Shown: positions 38,543 through 48,753 of the stretch, in pieces
How the letters are laid out: every line of letters starts with the position of its first letter
Numbering within the stretch: position 1 is the stretch's first letter
Origin: Treponemataceae bacterium
GTDB taxonomy: Bacteria > Spirochaetota > Spirochaetia > Treponematales > Rectinemataceae
Length of the DNA stretch: 64,000 nt
Reading direction: 5' to 3'
NCBI GenBank assembly: GCA_963667725.2
Contig: CAXXHO010000005.1
Span: forward strand, 320,001-384,000
Notes under the pieces: model-generated
What the model was told of the DNA's origin: nothing
What the model saw: the letters and a program-made list of their open reading frames with translations, nothing else
Databases searched by the model: none
Position numbers and translations under genes: made by a program

Positions 38543-38567
38543 CTTCGTCCACCTCGCTGGTTTTCAG

Positions 38568-41500
38568 CTATCCTTTTCTTCGCTTGTCCCGCCGCTTTTC
38601 CACGGCTCCCGGTTTTTTTGGAAGATGAGCCGCGACGGTGCAGCCTTGGCCCGGCGCCCCGGAGATCGCGAGGGTGCCACCCAGGGAGGCGCAGCCTTCC
38701 CTCATCCCTATTATGCCGAAAGAATCCTGCGCGTCCACCTTGCCCGCCTCGATCCCGATGCCGTCATCCTTCGATTCGAGCGTAAAATCATCGTTTCCTG
38801 ACGTAAAGCGCAGAGAGACATGCTTTGCCTGGGAATGCCTCGCCACATTGCTCAGCATTTCCTGGAGAAGCCGGAAAAAAGCCTTGGCGGCTTCCGGTGA
38901 GAGCTCCTTCCAGCCTTCGCCGATTTCCAGCTTGGTCTTTATGCCGCTCATCCTGCCGAAGCTTCTGACATACCACCGGAGCGCGTCGGGAAAATCCAGC
39001 GTCTCGAGCCCGACAGGACGGAGCCTGGTGGCCACCGCCTTAACCGAGGCCATGGCGTCGAGAATGGCGCTCTGCATGCCTTGCACGACGGGCTTTCGTT
39101 TTTCGGGATCGGCATCGGGATGGGCGGAGAGCCAGTATGCATGAAGATTGAGTACCATCAAATGCTGACCGATCTCGTCGTGCACGTCGCGGGCGACGAT
39201 GGTGCGCTCCTCTTCCCTCGCTTCCTCTATATGCCGGGCGAATTTCACGAGGAGCGCGTTCCGGCGCCGCAGGCTTCCCAGCCGAACCGCTATGGCCCCC
39301 GCCAGAGTGGCCGCGGCGCCACCGATTACGATCATGCGGAACCACCAGGTGCCCCACCAGGGAGACCGCACCAATATAGAGAGCGATGCCCCGTAATCGT
39401 TCCAGATACCGTTGCCGCTGGCCGCCTTTACTCTCAGCATATAGCGCCCGGGTGCGAGCGGGGCGATATACCCAGTATTCACATTCCCCATGGAAGTCCA
39501 TGCGGTCTGTCGGCCCTCAAGGCGCATGGCGTAACGGCTGCGGCCAGGAGCAGCGAAATCGATGGCCGCGATGGAATACCTGAGACCCATGTTGTCGTAG
39601 TCCAGGGTTATCTCGGATCCGCCCGGTGAATGAATGACTTGAGTCTTTTCGCCCAACAGTTCGATATCGGAAATGACGACGTCGGGAGCGGGAGCGTAAC
39701 GGGCGATTCGCGCCGGATCGAATCGCGTGAACCCCTCGCCGCTTCCAACCCAAACTTCCCCGCTCCCTGAAACGAGAATCGCTCCGGAATTCAGCCCTCC
39801 CCCGCTCAGCCCGTCTTCCGCGCCGAAAAGAAAAACGTCATTCCTTTCAGGATCGAGACTGAATAAACCATCCGGGCTGAGAAGCCAGAGAATTCCCGCC
39901 CTGTCTTCGGCTATGCCGTAGATAGTATCGGCGAACAGACCCATATTCGCGCCGCGCCGAATGACGATGCCTGTCCCTGGATCGAGCGCGGCAATCCCCC
40001 CGCCGCCGCTCCCCACCCATACCGTCCCCCTCGAGTCCTCAAAAATGCTCTCGATTCTCAGGTCGCCGATTCCCCCGCCCTGGCGTTGGTCACGGCCAAT
40101 GGCACGAAAACGGGAACCTCCCGGGTCCAGGACGAAAAGACCGGCGTCGGCCGAGCCCGCCCAGGTTCTTCCTTTGGAATCCCTCATGAGGCAGGTGATG
40201 ATGGAGGCAGGCGGAGGCTCCGGCGCCCCGCCCTGGATAGGATGACGCAAGACTATTCCGCCGACTGGATCAAAGAGTTGGAGCCCTTTTCCATCCGTTC
40301 CCACCCAGAATTTCCCATCATCGGTCTCGAGAATGCTTAGTATGAAAGAAGAAGACAGGCTGTCAAGATCGCCATCTTTATGGAGAAAACGCTTCGATAC
40401 TCCATTGGGCAAAATATGCAGAAGCCCCGCGCCGGCCGAACCCACCCAAAGAGAGCCGTCGCGGGCGGCGAGAAGCGCTTTCACGTTGCCGGATCCAGCT
40501 TCGTCCGGTTGGACGTTCATGCGGTACAATGAACCGGAGAGCGGGTTAAACGAGTATAGCCCTCCGCTTCGCGATGCCATGATCATGGAACCGGAAGGCA
40601 GCTCGGCGATGGCTTGTATCGATCCCAAACCGGAAGCATCGGGAGCGGCTATGAAACGGGAAAAAGCCGTCGACCGAAAATCTCCGGTGAGAAGACCTCC
40701 CCAGGCCAGGCCAGTCCACATGAGTCCCCTGCGATCGCGCATCAGAGCCCTGACTTCCACTTCATTCGCGAAGGGAAAGACCGTGATTCCCATGCTCGAA
40801 GGATCGAGTATGCCCAGGCCGCCCTCGCGAAAACCCGCCCATATCTGTCCCCTGCTATCTTCGCCGAGCGCTATGACGGGAGAAAGCCCTTCATCATCGG
40901 CGTTTCCTTCGGAATCTTCTCTCCTCGCGTGCCTGAAACGTCCATCCTCAAAAAGATCGATCCCCCCATCGGCAAATCCGATCCAGATAAAACCAAGCGA
41001 ATCCTCGATGATGGCGCTGACTTTATCGGAGGCGATGCTGTCTCTCCTAAGCGAATCGTGCGCATAGAAGGCGACTGGGATTCCTTCCCGGTCATACAGA
41101 TAAAGCCCCGCGCCCTCGGTTCCTACCCAGATTCTGTCTCTGGAATCGACAAACAGCGAGGAGATGGCTTCGCCATGTTTTCCGGGACGGACGAATGCCA
41201 GAGCTTCCATTTTCTCGACATCCACAATCCGGACCTCGCCATCAGCGGCTCCCGCGATAATTTGTCCCGATCCATCGATGGCGAGCGCGGAAATTTTAGA
41301 CGCCTTCTCCTCCCCATAGGGACCGACGGAAAGCCGCAGTTTCTCGAATCTACCCGAAAGCGTATCGTAACGAGCAAGTCCTCCGCCGTCGGAACCCACC
41401 CAGAAATCGCCGCGCCTGTCTTCGAGTATTGCGCTGATTGAGGAAGACGTGAGTGAGTTGACGCCGGAATCGGGCTTAAAAACCTTAAAACCATGCCCAT

Positions 41501-41729
41501 CGTATCGATAAAGGCCTCCGGCAGCCCCTATCCAGACGAGTCCCCGCTGGTCCTGCATAATGCAGGATACCGAGCCGCCCGCGAATCCCTGATTCTGCCC
41601 GATGGCGCTCCAGACTATCGTCCTCGGATCGAAAGCGAAAACCCTGTCCAACCCCAAAAACAAAAGACATAGGAATACAAGCGAGGAAAAATGAGGACGG
41701 GCTTCGCTTCGTCTCAGCGCTTTAGCCAT
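38568..41729 (-). CDS. Sensor histidine kinase with beta-propeller (Reg_prop) repeats, Y_Y_Y domain and HisKA_3/HATPase
   Basis: Many D..G..WVG...GL repeats, LAPGRY.LRVKA...G.W, a TM helix, then EEER..ARDVHDEIGQ, QE..NVARHS.A, DDGIG and GMRE. Confidence 0.92.
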   Translation of the reverse strand: MAKALRRSEARPHFSSLVFLCLLFLGLDRVFAFDPRTIVWSAIGQNQGFAGGSVSCIMQDQRGLVWIGAAGGLYRYDGHGFKVFKPDSGVNSLTSSSISAILEDRRGDFWVGSDGGGLARYDTLSGRFEKLRLSVGPYGEEKASKISALAIDGSGQIIAGAADGEVRIVDVEKMEALAFVRPGKHGEAISSLFVDSRDRIWVGTEGAGLYLYDREGIPVAFYAHDSLRRDSIASDKVSAIIEDSLGFIWIGFADGGIDLFEDGRFRHARREDSEGNADDEGLSPVIALGEDSRGQIWAGFREGGLGILDPSSMGITVFPFANEVEVRALMRDRRGLMWTGLAWGGLLTGDFRSTAFSRFIAAPDASGLGSIQAIAELPSGSMIMASRSGGLYSFNPLSGSLYRMNVQPDEAGSGNVKALLAARDGSLWVGSAGAGLLHILPNGVSKRFLHKDGDLDSLSSSFILSILETDDGKFWVGTDGKGLQLFDPVGGIVLRHPIQGGAPEPPPASIITCLMRDSKGRTWAGSADAGLFVLDPGGSRFRAIGRDQRQGGGIGDLRIESIFEDSRGTVWVGSGGGGIAALDPGTGIVIRRGANMGLFADTIYGIAEDRAGILWLLSPDGLFSLDPERNDVFLFGAEDGLSGGGLNSGAILVSGSGEVWVGSGEGFTRFDPARIARYAPAPDVVISDIELLGEKTQVIHSPGGSEITLDYDNMGLRYSIAAIDFAAPGRSRYAMRLEGRQTAWTSMGNVNTGYIAPLAPGRYMLRVKAASGNGIWNDYGASLSILVRSPWWGTWWFRMIVIGGAAATLAGAIAVRLGSLRRRNALLVKFARHIEEAREEERTIVARDVHDEIGQHLMVLNLHAYWLSAHPDADPEKRKPVVQGMQSAILDAMASVKAVATRLRPVGLETLDFPDALRWYVRSFGRMSGIKTKLEIGEGWKELSPEAAKAFFRLLQEMLSNVARHSQAKHVSLRFTSGNDDFTLESKDDGIGIEAGKVDAQDSFGIIGMREGCASLGGTLAISGAPGQGCTVAAHLPKKPGAVEKRRDKRRKG

Positions 41730-42430
41730 TCAGTTTTCGCTCCCCCTTTCCCATCTGTCCCGAAAACGCAGGTACCGATTTTCCGCAGCGACGTTTTTCT
41801 ATTATACCAGTCATGCTCGACAAGCTCTGCAGCGCCATATGTCGAGGCGCCGAAGCTGACCTTATCCCATGAACCAATCGTCTCGAGAAAGCGCCGCGGC
41901 ATGCGGAGTCTCGCGGCAAAGCGCATAAAACAGCAGTGAGCCGAGCGTGAATCATATCGCTCGTCGTTTTTCAGCCCCGCTTCGGCAAGCTCCTGCCGTA
42001 TCCTGGATCTGAGCTCGATCAGGGCGTCTCCGTCGTAGCCGGCGATCAAGCCTGCCTCGCGGCTGCATACCACTCCCTCAAAACGCAGCTCGAAGGGCTT
42101 CATGGCCGCGCAGGCGCGGCTGGCGATGTCGAGAAACGCCATATCGAGATCGGGATTGGACGCGAAACCCGCCCGGGCGCTCACGAAATCGAATATGGTC
42201 GTATGGAGATCGCCCGCTGGGTAATAGTACTGATCGGGCTCGATCAGCGACACCGATTGGATCAGCTCGCGGTAGGCCTCTCCCTCCAAACGGATTGGAA
42301 GAATGAGACTTATGCCCTTGCGGGAATCGCGCGACGGATCGAGGACGAACTCGTCGACGATCGGCTCGTTCGCGTCCAGGAAAGGGCGATTCTTCTCGCC
42401 TATGGCGAGATAGAGTTCATGGGAGCTCAA
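41714..42430 (-). CDS. 2H phosphoesterase superfamily protein (2'-5' RNA ligase-like)
   Basis: DLHTTI first HxT motif, SAHCC at the second motif position, and ELV..DWY. Confidence 0.65.
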   Translation of the reverse strand: MSSHELYLAIGEKNRPFLDANEPIVDEFVLDPSRDSRKGISLILPIRLEGEAYRELIQSVSLIEPDQYYYPAGDLHTTIFDFVSARAGFASNPDLDMAFLDIASRACAAMKPFELRFEGVVCSREAGLIAGYDGDALIELRSRIRQELAEAGLKNDERYDSRSAHCCFMRFAARLRMPRRFLETIGSWDKVSFGASTYGAAELVEHDWYNRKTSLRKIGTCVFGTDGKGGAKTEWLKR

Positions 42431-43329
42431 TCCACCGCCCCTCTGCGAAAGGAGGAGCGCAGCCTCTGCGCCATGAAACTCCCCGCGACAATCAGCGCCA
42501 TGCCGACTATCTGGTTCACCGTTATCTTCTCGCCAAGAAAAAGAAGTCCCAGAAGGACCCCGAACGGCACTTCGCTGTATGAAAGCGCGCTGTACTGGAA
42601 CATAGGCAGCCTTTTCATGCCCACGAAGAATAGGCCAAAACCGATCAGCCCGACGGCGATACCGTAAAATATGCCTATACCCAGGTCGGCGAGGGGCGCG
42701 CCCGGAATCTCGGCGATCAGAAAAGGAAGAAAAACAAGGGCGCCGACGCCGTTCTGAAAATACAGCGTGTCCACTTCACTCATCACCGAAAGCGCCTGCT
42801 TGAAGATAATGTTCGTGCCGGCAAAAACAAAAGCCGATACGATCATGCATAGACTCCCGAGTATGAAGGGGCCGTCCAGCGAAAAATCGCGGTGGAGGTT
42901 CATGACGACCACGCCCCCCGTGGCGAGCAGAAGAACGCCCAGCCTTCGCAGGCTCATCGGTTTTTTCTGTCTGATGCTGTCGATCAGGAGAGCGAACACA
43001 GGCCAGAGATAGAGAAGCGCGACGGCATTCCCCATCGCGGTGAGTTTATAAGCCAAAACGAAGAGATAAAGGCGGCCTGCGTTCAGGGCGCTCGCGAGAA
43101 ACAAGCGGCCGCGCATTCCCGGCTTGCCGAAAAGAAGACCATGCCTGGCGACAAAAGGCAGAACAAAGATAAACGGCACTGTCATGCGGAGCGAACTCAT
43201 CGCGAGGCTAGAAAAAGCTAGCCCCTTGATATACAAACCGCTCGAGGCGCCAAGCGCCGCCGCCGCGAGTACGGCGAAAATGGGCAAGGCCTTTATCCAG
43301 GCTCTGGATCGCACAGGAGTTCCTTTCAT
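42427..43329 (-). CDS. DMT/EamA family transporter
   Basis: 10 TM helices in two repeats, LLYLWP and FLGEKIT..QIVG..LI. Confidence 0.88.
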   Translation of the reverse strand: MKGTPVRSRAWIKALPIFAVLAAAALGASSGLYIKGLAFSSLAMSSLRMTVPFIFVLPFVARHGLLFGKPGMRGRLFLASALNAGRLYLFVLAYKLTAMGNAVALLYLWPVFALLIDSIRQKKPMSLRRLGVLLLATGGVVVMNLHRDFSLDGPFILGSLCMIVSAFVFAGTNIIFKQALSVMSEVDTLYFQNGVGALVFLPFLIAEIPGAPLADLGIGIFYGIAVGLIGFGLFFVGMKRLPMFQYSALSYSEVPFGVLLGLLFLGEKITVNQIVGMALIVAGSFMAQRLRSSFRRGAVD

Positions 43330-43475
43330 CGATCAGGCATCCTACTCCCTTGGCGCATTTATCGCAAGAATCGGGTGGATGAAAATACCTGGCGATCGTA
43401 TTGTAAGGCGAGGGAATTCAGATGGCGCTTGCTCCGCGCGAAGCGTACCATTAAGATCCAGGGAGGGGCCAAAGC

Positions 43476-44363
43476 ATGAACGCATGCGATTCGGATTACG
43501 CCCGCGTCGAAGCGGCGATCAAGTACATAGAAGAACGGGCCACCGCCCAACCTTCGCTCGAGGAAGTGGCCGGCCGAATAGGCCTCAGCACCTACCATTT
43601 CCAGAGACTCTTCACGCGTTGGGCTGGAGTCAGCCCCAAGCGTTTTCTCCAATACATTACGGTGGAGGCGGCCAAAAAGCTTCTGGATGAGTCCGCCTCG
43701 GTGCTGGACACGGCTCTCGACGTCGGTTTGAGCGGTCCTTCGAGGCTTCATGATCTTTTTATAAGCGCCGAAGCCGTTACGCCAGGCGAATTCAAGCGCT
43801 CGGGGGAAGGCCTCGAAATCCGCTATTGCGTCCGTCCGACAATTTTCGGCGATTGCCTCGTCGCCGCCAGTCCCCGGGGACTTTGCGCCGTGGAATTCCT
43901 GGACGTGGCCGACCCGCGCGCCGCGCCGGCCGCCCTCGAAACCCTCAAGCGTCGCTGGAACAAAGCCACCTTCGTGGAAGATCCCACCGCCGGCAAGGCG
44001 GCGCTGGACCTCCTGACCCCCGGCGCGACGCTTTCATCCAGCCAGCCGCTCGCGCTTCACCTAAAAGGAAGCAATTTCCAGCTCAAGGTCTGGCAAGCCC
44101 TCCTCGCCATCCCGGACGGCCATCTCATTTCCTACAGCCAGCTTGCCGAGAAAATCGGCGCCCCCGGCGCGGCGCGAGCGGTAGGCACAGCCCTCGGCCA
44201 GAACCCCATCGCCTTCATCATACCCTGCCACAGGGTGCTGCGCGCTTCCGGCGAGATCGGCGGCTACAAGTGGGGCATCGAGAGGAAAAAAGCCATCATC
44301 GCCTTTGAAGCCACGGCTCTCTCCGCCGCGCGCCGCCGTCAGAACCCTGCGCCGGAAAAGTGA
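43476..44363 (+). CDS. AraC-HTH / methylated-DNA--[protein]-cysteine S-methyltransferase (Ada-like, lacking the Zn N-domain)
   Basis: HFQRLF.RWAGVSPK, FQLKVW, ARAVGTA, active site PCHRV and GGYKWG. Confidence 0.92.
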   Translation: MNACDSDYARVEAAIKYIEERATAQPSLEEVAGRIGLSTYHFQRLFTRWAGVSPKRFLQYITVEAAKKLLDESASVLDTALDVGLSGPSRLHDLFISAEAVTPGEFKRSGEGLEIRYCVRPTIFGDCLVAASPRGLCAVEFLDVADPRAAPAALETLKRRWNKATFVEDPTAGKAALDLLTPGATLSSSQPLALHLKGSNFQLKVWQALLAIPDGHLISYSQLAEKIGAPGAARAVGTALGQNPIAFIIPCHRVLRASGEIGGYKWGIERKKAIIAFEATALSAARRRQNPAPEK

Positions 44364-44382
44364 TAAATTCGAAATGTTTCTA

Positions 44383-44411
44383 TTGACAGATACGGTTTCT
44401 ATAAATAGAAT
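44383..44411 (+). promoter_or_regulatory. Sigma70 promoter of the ECF operon
   Basis: TTGACA-17 nt-TAGAAT. Confidence 0.75.
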
Positions 44412-44455
44412 CGTTTCATCTTTCCGAAAATGAAGCCCAAAAGGAGCGCTCGTCC

Positions 44456-45010
44456 ATGACTACCACGAAAAAGCGAATGTCCACGCAGGATCTCGTTTTA
44501 ACCGGAATTCTTCTCGCTGCGGGTACCGTTATCAAGGCGGTTTTCCCCAAGCTGCCGGTTACACCCAACTTTATCATCTCCATGTATTGCCTGGCCGTCC
44601 TGCTCGTTCGCCCGAACTTGATGGAAGCGATCGGCATCGGCGTGGTGTCGGCCATACTTGCTCAGCTCACCACAGGCGCGGCAGTCCCCTTCATCAACTT
44701 CGCTGCTGAGCCCGTCGCGATCGCCGCCTGCTTTTATCTTGCCAAAATACCCTTCGGAAAGGGCATCGCGGGAAGAATCCTTCGCCCCGCCTTCGTCACC
44801 TTCGCCACCACCTTCGTTTCCGGTTCGATATTCGTTCTCATCCTTTCGGCTGTTCTCCTCAGCAGAGGATCGAGCGCGAAGTATGTCATGATCTACAGTG
44901 TCGTGCTCCCTACCGCCGCCGCCAACATGGTCATCGCCGCGCTTTGCTACGCGCCGCTCAGAAAGGTCCTGAAACTTTCGGACGATGACCAGGCAAAGGC
45001 GGCGGCGTGA
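44456..45010 (+). CDS. ECF transporter S component (TrpP-like)
   Basis: Small, about 5-6 TM helices, PNFIISMYCLA...RP; first gene of an ecfA-ecfA'-ecfT operon. Confidence 0.75.
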   Translation: MTTTKKRMSTQDLVLTGILLAAGTVIKAVFPKLPVTPNFIISMYCLAVLLVRPNLMEAIGIGVVSAILAQLTTGAAVPFINFAAEPVAIAACFYLAKIPFGKGIAGRILRPAFVTFATTFVSGSIFVLILSAVLLSRGSSAKYVMIYSVVLPTAAANMVIAALCYAPLRKVLKLSDDDQAKAAA

Positions 45011-45918
45011 GCGCAGCAAGTCCGGACCGCGAAGTCGGGACATCAGGGGCTCCCATAGTCAGCCTCGAGAACTTCGGTTTTACCTATCCGAACGCCGCCG
45101 CCCCAGCCCTTTCTCGCATAAGTCTCTCGGTGGCGCCAGGAGAATTCGTCGGCATAACCGGCGAAGAAGGCTCGGGGCGAACCACCCTTTTTCGCGCCCT
45201 CAACGGCAGCGCGGTTCGTCACTACAAGGGCAGCCGGACTGGACAAGCCATTATCGGTGGCCTGGATGCGTGCACTGCCGGACACGCGACCATCGGGGCT
45301 TTCACCGCCTCGATTTTCGACGATCCCGATTCCCAGATCGTCAGCCTTACCGCTGGCGAGGAAGTCGGTTTCTCGCTCGCCCAAAGAGGTTTCTCCCAGG
45401 CGGCCATAAGGGAACGCGTCGAGAAAGCCCTCGCCGAAGTCGGGCTTTCCGGTTTCTCGCGCCGCTCCACTTCTTCGCTCTCGGGCGGACAGAAACAGCG
45501 CCTCATAGCCGCCGCCGCGCTGGCGCTCGAACCCACTCTCATCCTCCTCGACGAAAGCACCTCAGCCCTCGACCCGCGGGGAAAACGCGAATTCTACGAT
45601 CTCCTCGACCGTCTCCGCCGGGAGAATAATGTCGCCATCATCGCTATAGAACGGGACCTCGAGCTTCTCATGGAACGGGCGGACCGCATCGTCGTTCTCC
45701 ATGAAGGGTACGTGCTTCTGGATGGAAAACCGCGCGATATGGCTTCTTCGAGACATATCCTGAGAACGGCCGGGCTCCGTCTCCCCGCATGGATGGAGAC
45801 TGTCGAAATCCTGAAATCTCAAGGTTGGCTGGAAGGTAAAGCGCCGGAATCCGAGGCCGAAGCTGTCGCGCTCATCGCGGAACTTCTGGAAAGCGTTGAG
45901 GGAGCGATGGCATCATGA
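45007..45918 (+). CDS. ecfA1: ECF transporter ATPase A1 (degenerate Walker A and H-loop)
   Basis: FTYP, GEEGSGRTT, DPDSQ, LSGGQKQR and LLDESTSALD. Confidence 0.85.
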   Translation: MSAASPDREVGTSGAPIVSLENFGFTYPNAAAPALSRISLSVAPGEFVGITGEEGSGRTTLFRALNGSAVRHYKGSRTGQAIIGGLDACTAGHATIGAFTASIFDDPDSQIVSLTAGEEVGFSLAQRGFSQAAIRERVEKALAEVGLSGFSRRSTSSLSGGQKQRLIAAAALALEPTLILLDESTSALDPRGKREFYDLLDRLRRENNVAIIAIERDLELLMERADRIVVLHEGYVLLDGKPRDMASSRHILRTAGLRLPAWMETVEILKSQGWLEGKAPESEAEAVALIAELLESVEGAMAS

Positions 45919-46745
45919 ATGAGCTGATTAGGATACAGGGACTTCATTCCAGGATGAACAGCGTGGAGATATTGAAAGGCATCGACCTTTCCGTTAACTC
46001 GGGAGAATCCCTCGCGCTGGTGGGACCGAACGGAGCGGGGAAGACGACACTCCTGCGTCATCTCAATGGGCTTCTCAAGCCAAGCGCCGGTACGGTTATC
46101 GTGGACGGAATGGATACGCGCCGCGCAGGAGCCAGCCGGTTCGCGCGCCTCGTGGGATTTCTTTTTCAGAATCCCGACCATCAGATAATCGCCGGCAGCG
46201 TAAGGGCCGAGATCGAATTCGGGCTTGTGCATACCGGCATCGCCCGCGACGAACACCGCGACCGTGTCGCCAGCGCGTCCGCCTCGCTCGGCCTTTCTAA
46301 ATATCTGGACGCCGATCCCTTTTCCCTCTCGCGCGCGCTTCGTCAACGCGTCGCCCTGGCTTCAGTGCTCGCCCTATCGCCGAAGGTTCTCGTCTTGGAT
46401 GAACCGACTTCTTCGCAGGACGAGCGCGGCGCCGAGCTGATCATGAAAGTAGCGGAATCGCTCAACGCTTCAGGGACGACGATCATTCTGGTAAGCCACG
46501 ACATGGAACTCATAGCGCGATTCTCCAAGCGGGTCATCGTCCTCGTCGAAGGGGAAGTGGAAGCCGATCGCGAAGTACATGCCACATTCCGCGATGAGCG
46601 ACTGCTCATGAAAGCCGGCCTATCGACTCTAGGTGCTTACCGCATGGCTTCGGCGCTCGGCATCGCATTCGAAAAAAGCCAGCCGCTTACGGCAGCAACC
46701 CTCGCTGGCCGCCTCGGCTCAATGCTCGCGGGGGCAAACACATGA
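45915..46745 (+). CDS. ecfA2: ECF transporter ATPase A2
   Basis: GPNGAGKTT, FQNPDHQ, LDEPT and SHD. Confidence 0.88.
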   Translation: MNELIRIQGLHSRMNSVEILKGIDLSVNSGESLALVGPNGAGKTTLLRHLNGLLKPSAGTVIVDGMDTRRAGASRFARLVGFLFQNPDHQIIAGSVRAEIEFGLVHTGIARDEHRDRVASASASLGLSKYLDADPFSLSRALRQRVALASVLALSPKVLVLDEPTSSQDERGAELIMKVAESLNASGTTIILVSHDMELIARFSKRVIVLVEGEVEADREVHATFRDERLLMKAGLSTLGAYRMASALGIAFEKSQPLTAATLAGRLGSMLAGANT

Positions 46746-47491
46746 AAAAGCTGCGCGACTATTCGCCCCTGGCGAAATTCATCCTGATGCTCTCGGTCAT
46801 AGCGAGCGCGTATCTGACCGACTCCTTGTACATTCTTTTTTCGCTCATCGTTCTCCAGGGATTCGCGGCTTCGCGCGAAGGAGCCTGGAGAACCTACGGC
46901 AAGACCATGCTTGCCTTGACAGTCGGCGCGCTCACGCTCACCCTCTTCCAGATATTCAGCATCGATGAAGGAACAACGGTTTTCACGCTGATACCGTCAC
47001 TCGGCATAGGCAGCGTGACTGATTTGGGCATACACGACAGTCTCATGATGTCTGTCCGTATGATGGCGTCGGTGGGAGTCATACCGCTCATGGTGGCGCT
47101 CACGCCGTCGCCGCAGATAATCTCGCTGGTATCGGGAACCTTCGGTCTCTCCCCATCCTATACATGCGTACTCATCACCGCCCTGCGTTTCATCCCCACC
47201 TTCGGCGAGCGGATGGGCAAGGTAATGCAGGCCGAAGCCTGTCGCGGATACCGCGCCGACACGGCTAATCCTTTCCGAAAAATCGGCATGATATTGCGCC
47301 TCTCCCTGCCGCTTCTCGTCACCTGCGTCCGCGACGTGGACAGCCTCACGCTCTCCCTCGAAGCGCGGGGCTTCGATCCGGAATCGAAAACGAAACCAGA
47401 ACGCATCAAACCTCAAAGCATAGAGTATGTAGCGCTCGTCATTGCCCTGCTTGCCGTCGCGTCGCTCGCGGCAGGACGCCTGATCGGCTGA
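46742..47491 (+). CDS. ecfT: ECF transporter T component
   Basis: ALRFIP, A..CRG and LEARGF coupling motifs. Confidence 0.9.
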   Translation: MKKLRDYSPLAKFILMLSVIASAYLTDSLYILFSLIVLQGFAASREGAWRTYGKTMLALTVGALTLTLFQIFSIDEGTTVFTLIPSLGIGSVTDLGIHDSLMMSVRMMASVGVIPLMVALTPSPQIISLVSGTFGLSPSYTCVLITALRFIPTFGERMGKVMQAEACRGYRADTANPFRKIGMILRLSLPLLVTCVRDVDSLTLSLEARGFDPESKTKPERIKPQSIEYVALVIALLAVASLAAGRLIG

Positions 47492-47496
47492 ACGCC

Positions 47497-48720
47497 TTAT
47501 CGCACGGACGCCCGATCGCCCGCCCTTCCCTCCGCCAATCTCGAGGCGAGAAAAACGGAAAAGGACAAAAGCCCGGCCGAGGCCGCGAGCGACGCGGTAA
47601 AAGACCCCGTCGCCGCGTTGAGCGCTTCCATCGCGTACACGAGCAGAACAGAAGCCTGCCCCGCCAGAGAGACAAGGCCGTTGGAGCTGCCTTCGGGAGT
47701 GGGCCTCGCCACTTCGGCGGCATACTGCATGCCTACCGGATTCACCGCTATCAGGAAAAAGCCCAGAACGAAGCACGAGACGGCAATGAGCGCATAACCT
47801 TGAGCGAAAGCAAGCCCGAGAAGACCCGGCACCGCCCCGATCAAGCCGATCACGATAAAAGGCTTTCTTTTTCCTGAACGATCCGATAAAGCCGGAATGA
47901 TCACCGCGCCGACAAGCCCGCCAGCCAGCATTATGGCGCCCAAAATGCCGGCGGCCGTCGATTCTATGCCTCGCGGCCTCACGATCGCCTCTACCCAAGT
48001 CGTCACGCCGTTGAAAATACCCATCCCGATGAAAGATATGGCGAGAAAGCGGAGAAACGACCCGCTCCGCAGCGCATGCCTGAGTCCTTCCACCATGAAG
48101 GCCCGCTCGCGGGAGGCCGATTCGTCCGGAGGCAGGGCCGGCTTCTCCCTCGCCACCAGAATGTAAATCGCCGCCGCAGCCGCCGCGGCTCCTCCATACA
48201 CGAACTGAACGCTCGCGATATCCATCGCCTCGGCCAGAATAGGCGTGACCACCAACCCCACCGCCGTACCCGCGATGCTCGCTATGGTGATGAGCCCTAC
48301 GGCCGTCGCCCGCTCGCGCGCGGGGAACCAAGCGGCCGGCATTTTTGTCCACGCATTGAGAAGAAGCGGCTGGGCCGCGGCTATTCCGCAGGTCGCCGTG
48401 AGCGCTGCCGCATAACTCTGCCCCGCGCTCCCGCGCAGCAGGCCAAAAACACCCACCGCGACGGATCCCGCCCCCACGACGCGCGCGAATCCGAATCGGT
48501 CGATGAGCCAGGAAGCGGGAATGGAGAGCGGCAGGAAAGCCAGCATGAATGACATCGCGAAGAAGCCGACGGCGAGTTCGGACACGCCGTAATAGGAAGC
48601 CGAAGCGCTCGTGATGGGCGAATAGGCGATCCACAGCGCCTGGATGGTCACGTTCACGAGCATCGTCGCCCCAAGTATCGCCCACCTATAAGGGTAGACG
48701 GAATATTTTACTTCGCTCAC
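47497..48720 (-). CDS. MFS transporter (FLVCR/CynX-like)
   Basis: VYPYRW, LIDRFG, WFP..ERA.A.G and LSDRSGKRK. Confidence 0.88.
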   Translation of the reverse strand: MSEVKYSVYPYRWAILGATMLVNVTIQALWIAYSPITSASASYYGVSELAVGFFAMSFMLAFLPLSIPASWLIDRFGFARVVGAGSVAVGVFGLLRGSAGQSYAAALTATCGIAAAQPLLLNAWTKMPAAWFPARERATAVGLITIASIAGTAVGLVVTPILAEAMDIASVQFVYGGAAAAAAAIYILVAREKPALPPDESASRERAFMVEGLRHALRSGSFLRFLAISFIGMGIFNGVTTWVEAIVRPRGIESTAAGILGAIMLAGGLVGAVIIPALSDRSGKRKPFIVIGLIGAVPGLLGLAFAQGYALIAVSCFVLGFFLIAVNPVGMQYAAEVARPTPEGSSNGLVSLAGQASVLLVYAMEALNAATGSFTASLAASAGLLSFSVFLASRLAEGRAGDRASVR

Positions 48721-48753
48721 GCTATGCGCTCCTTAAATTCAGGCTCAAATTGG

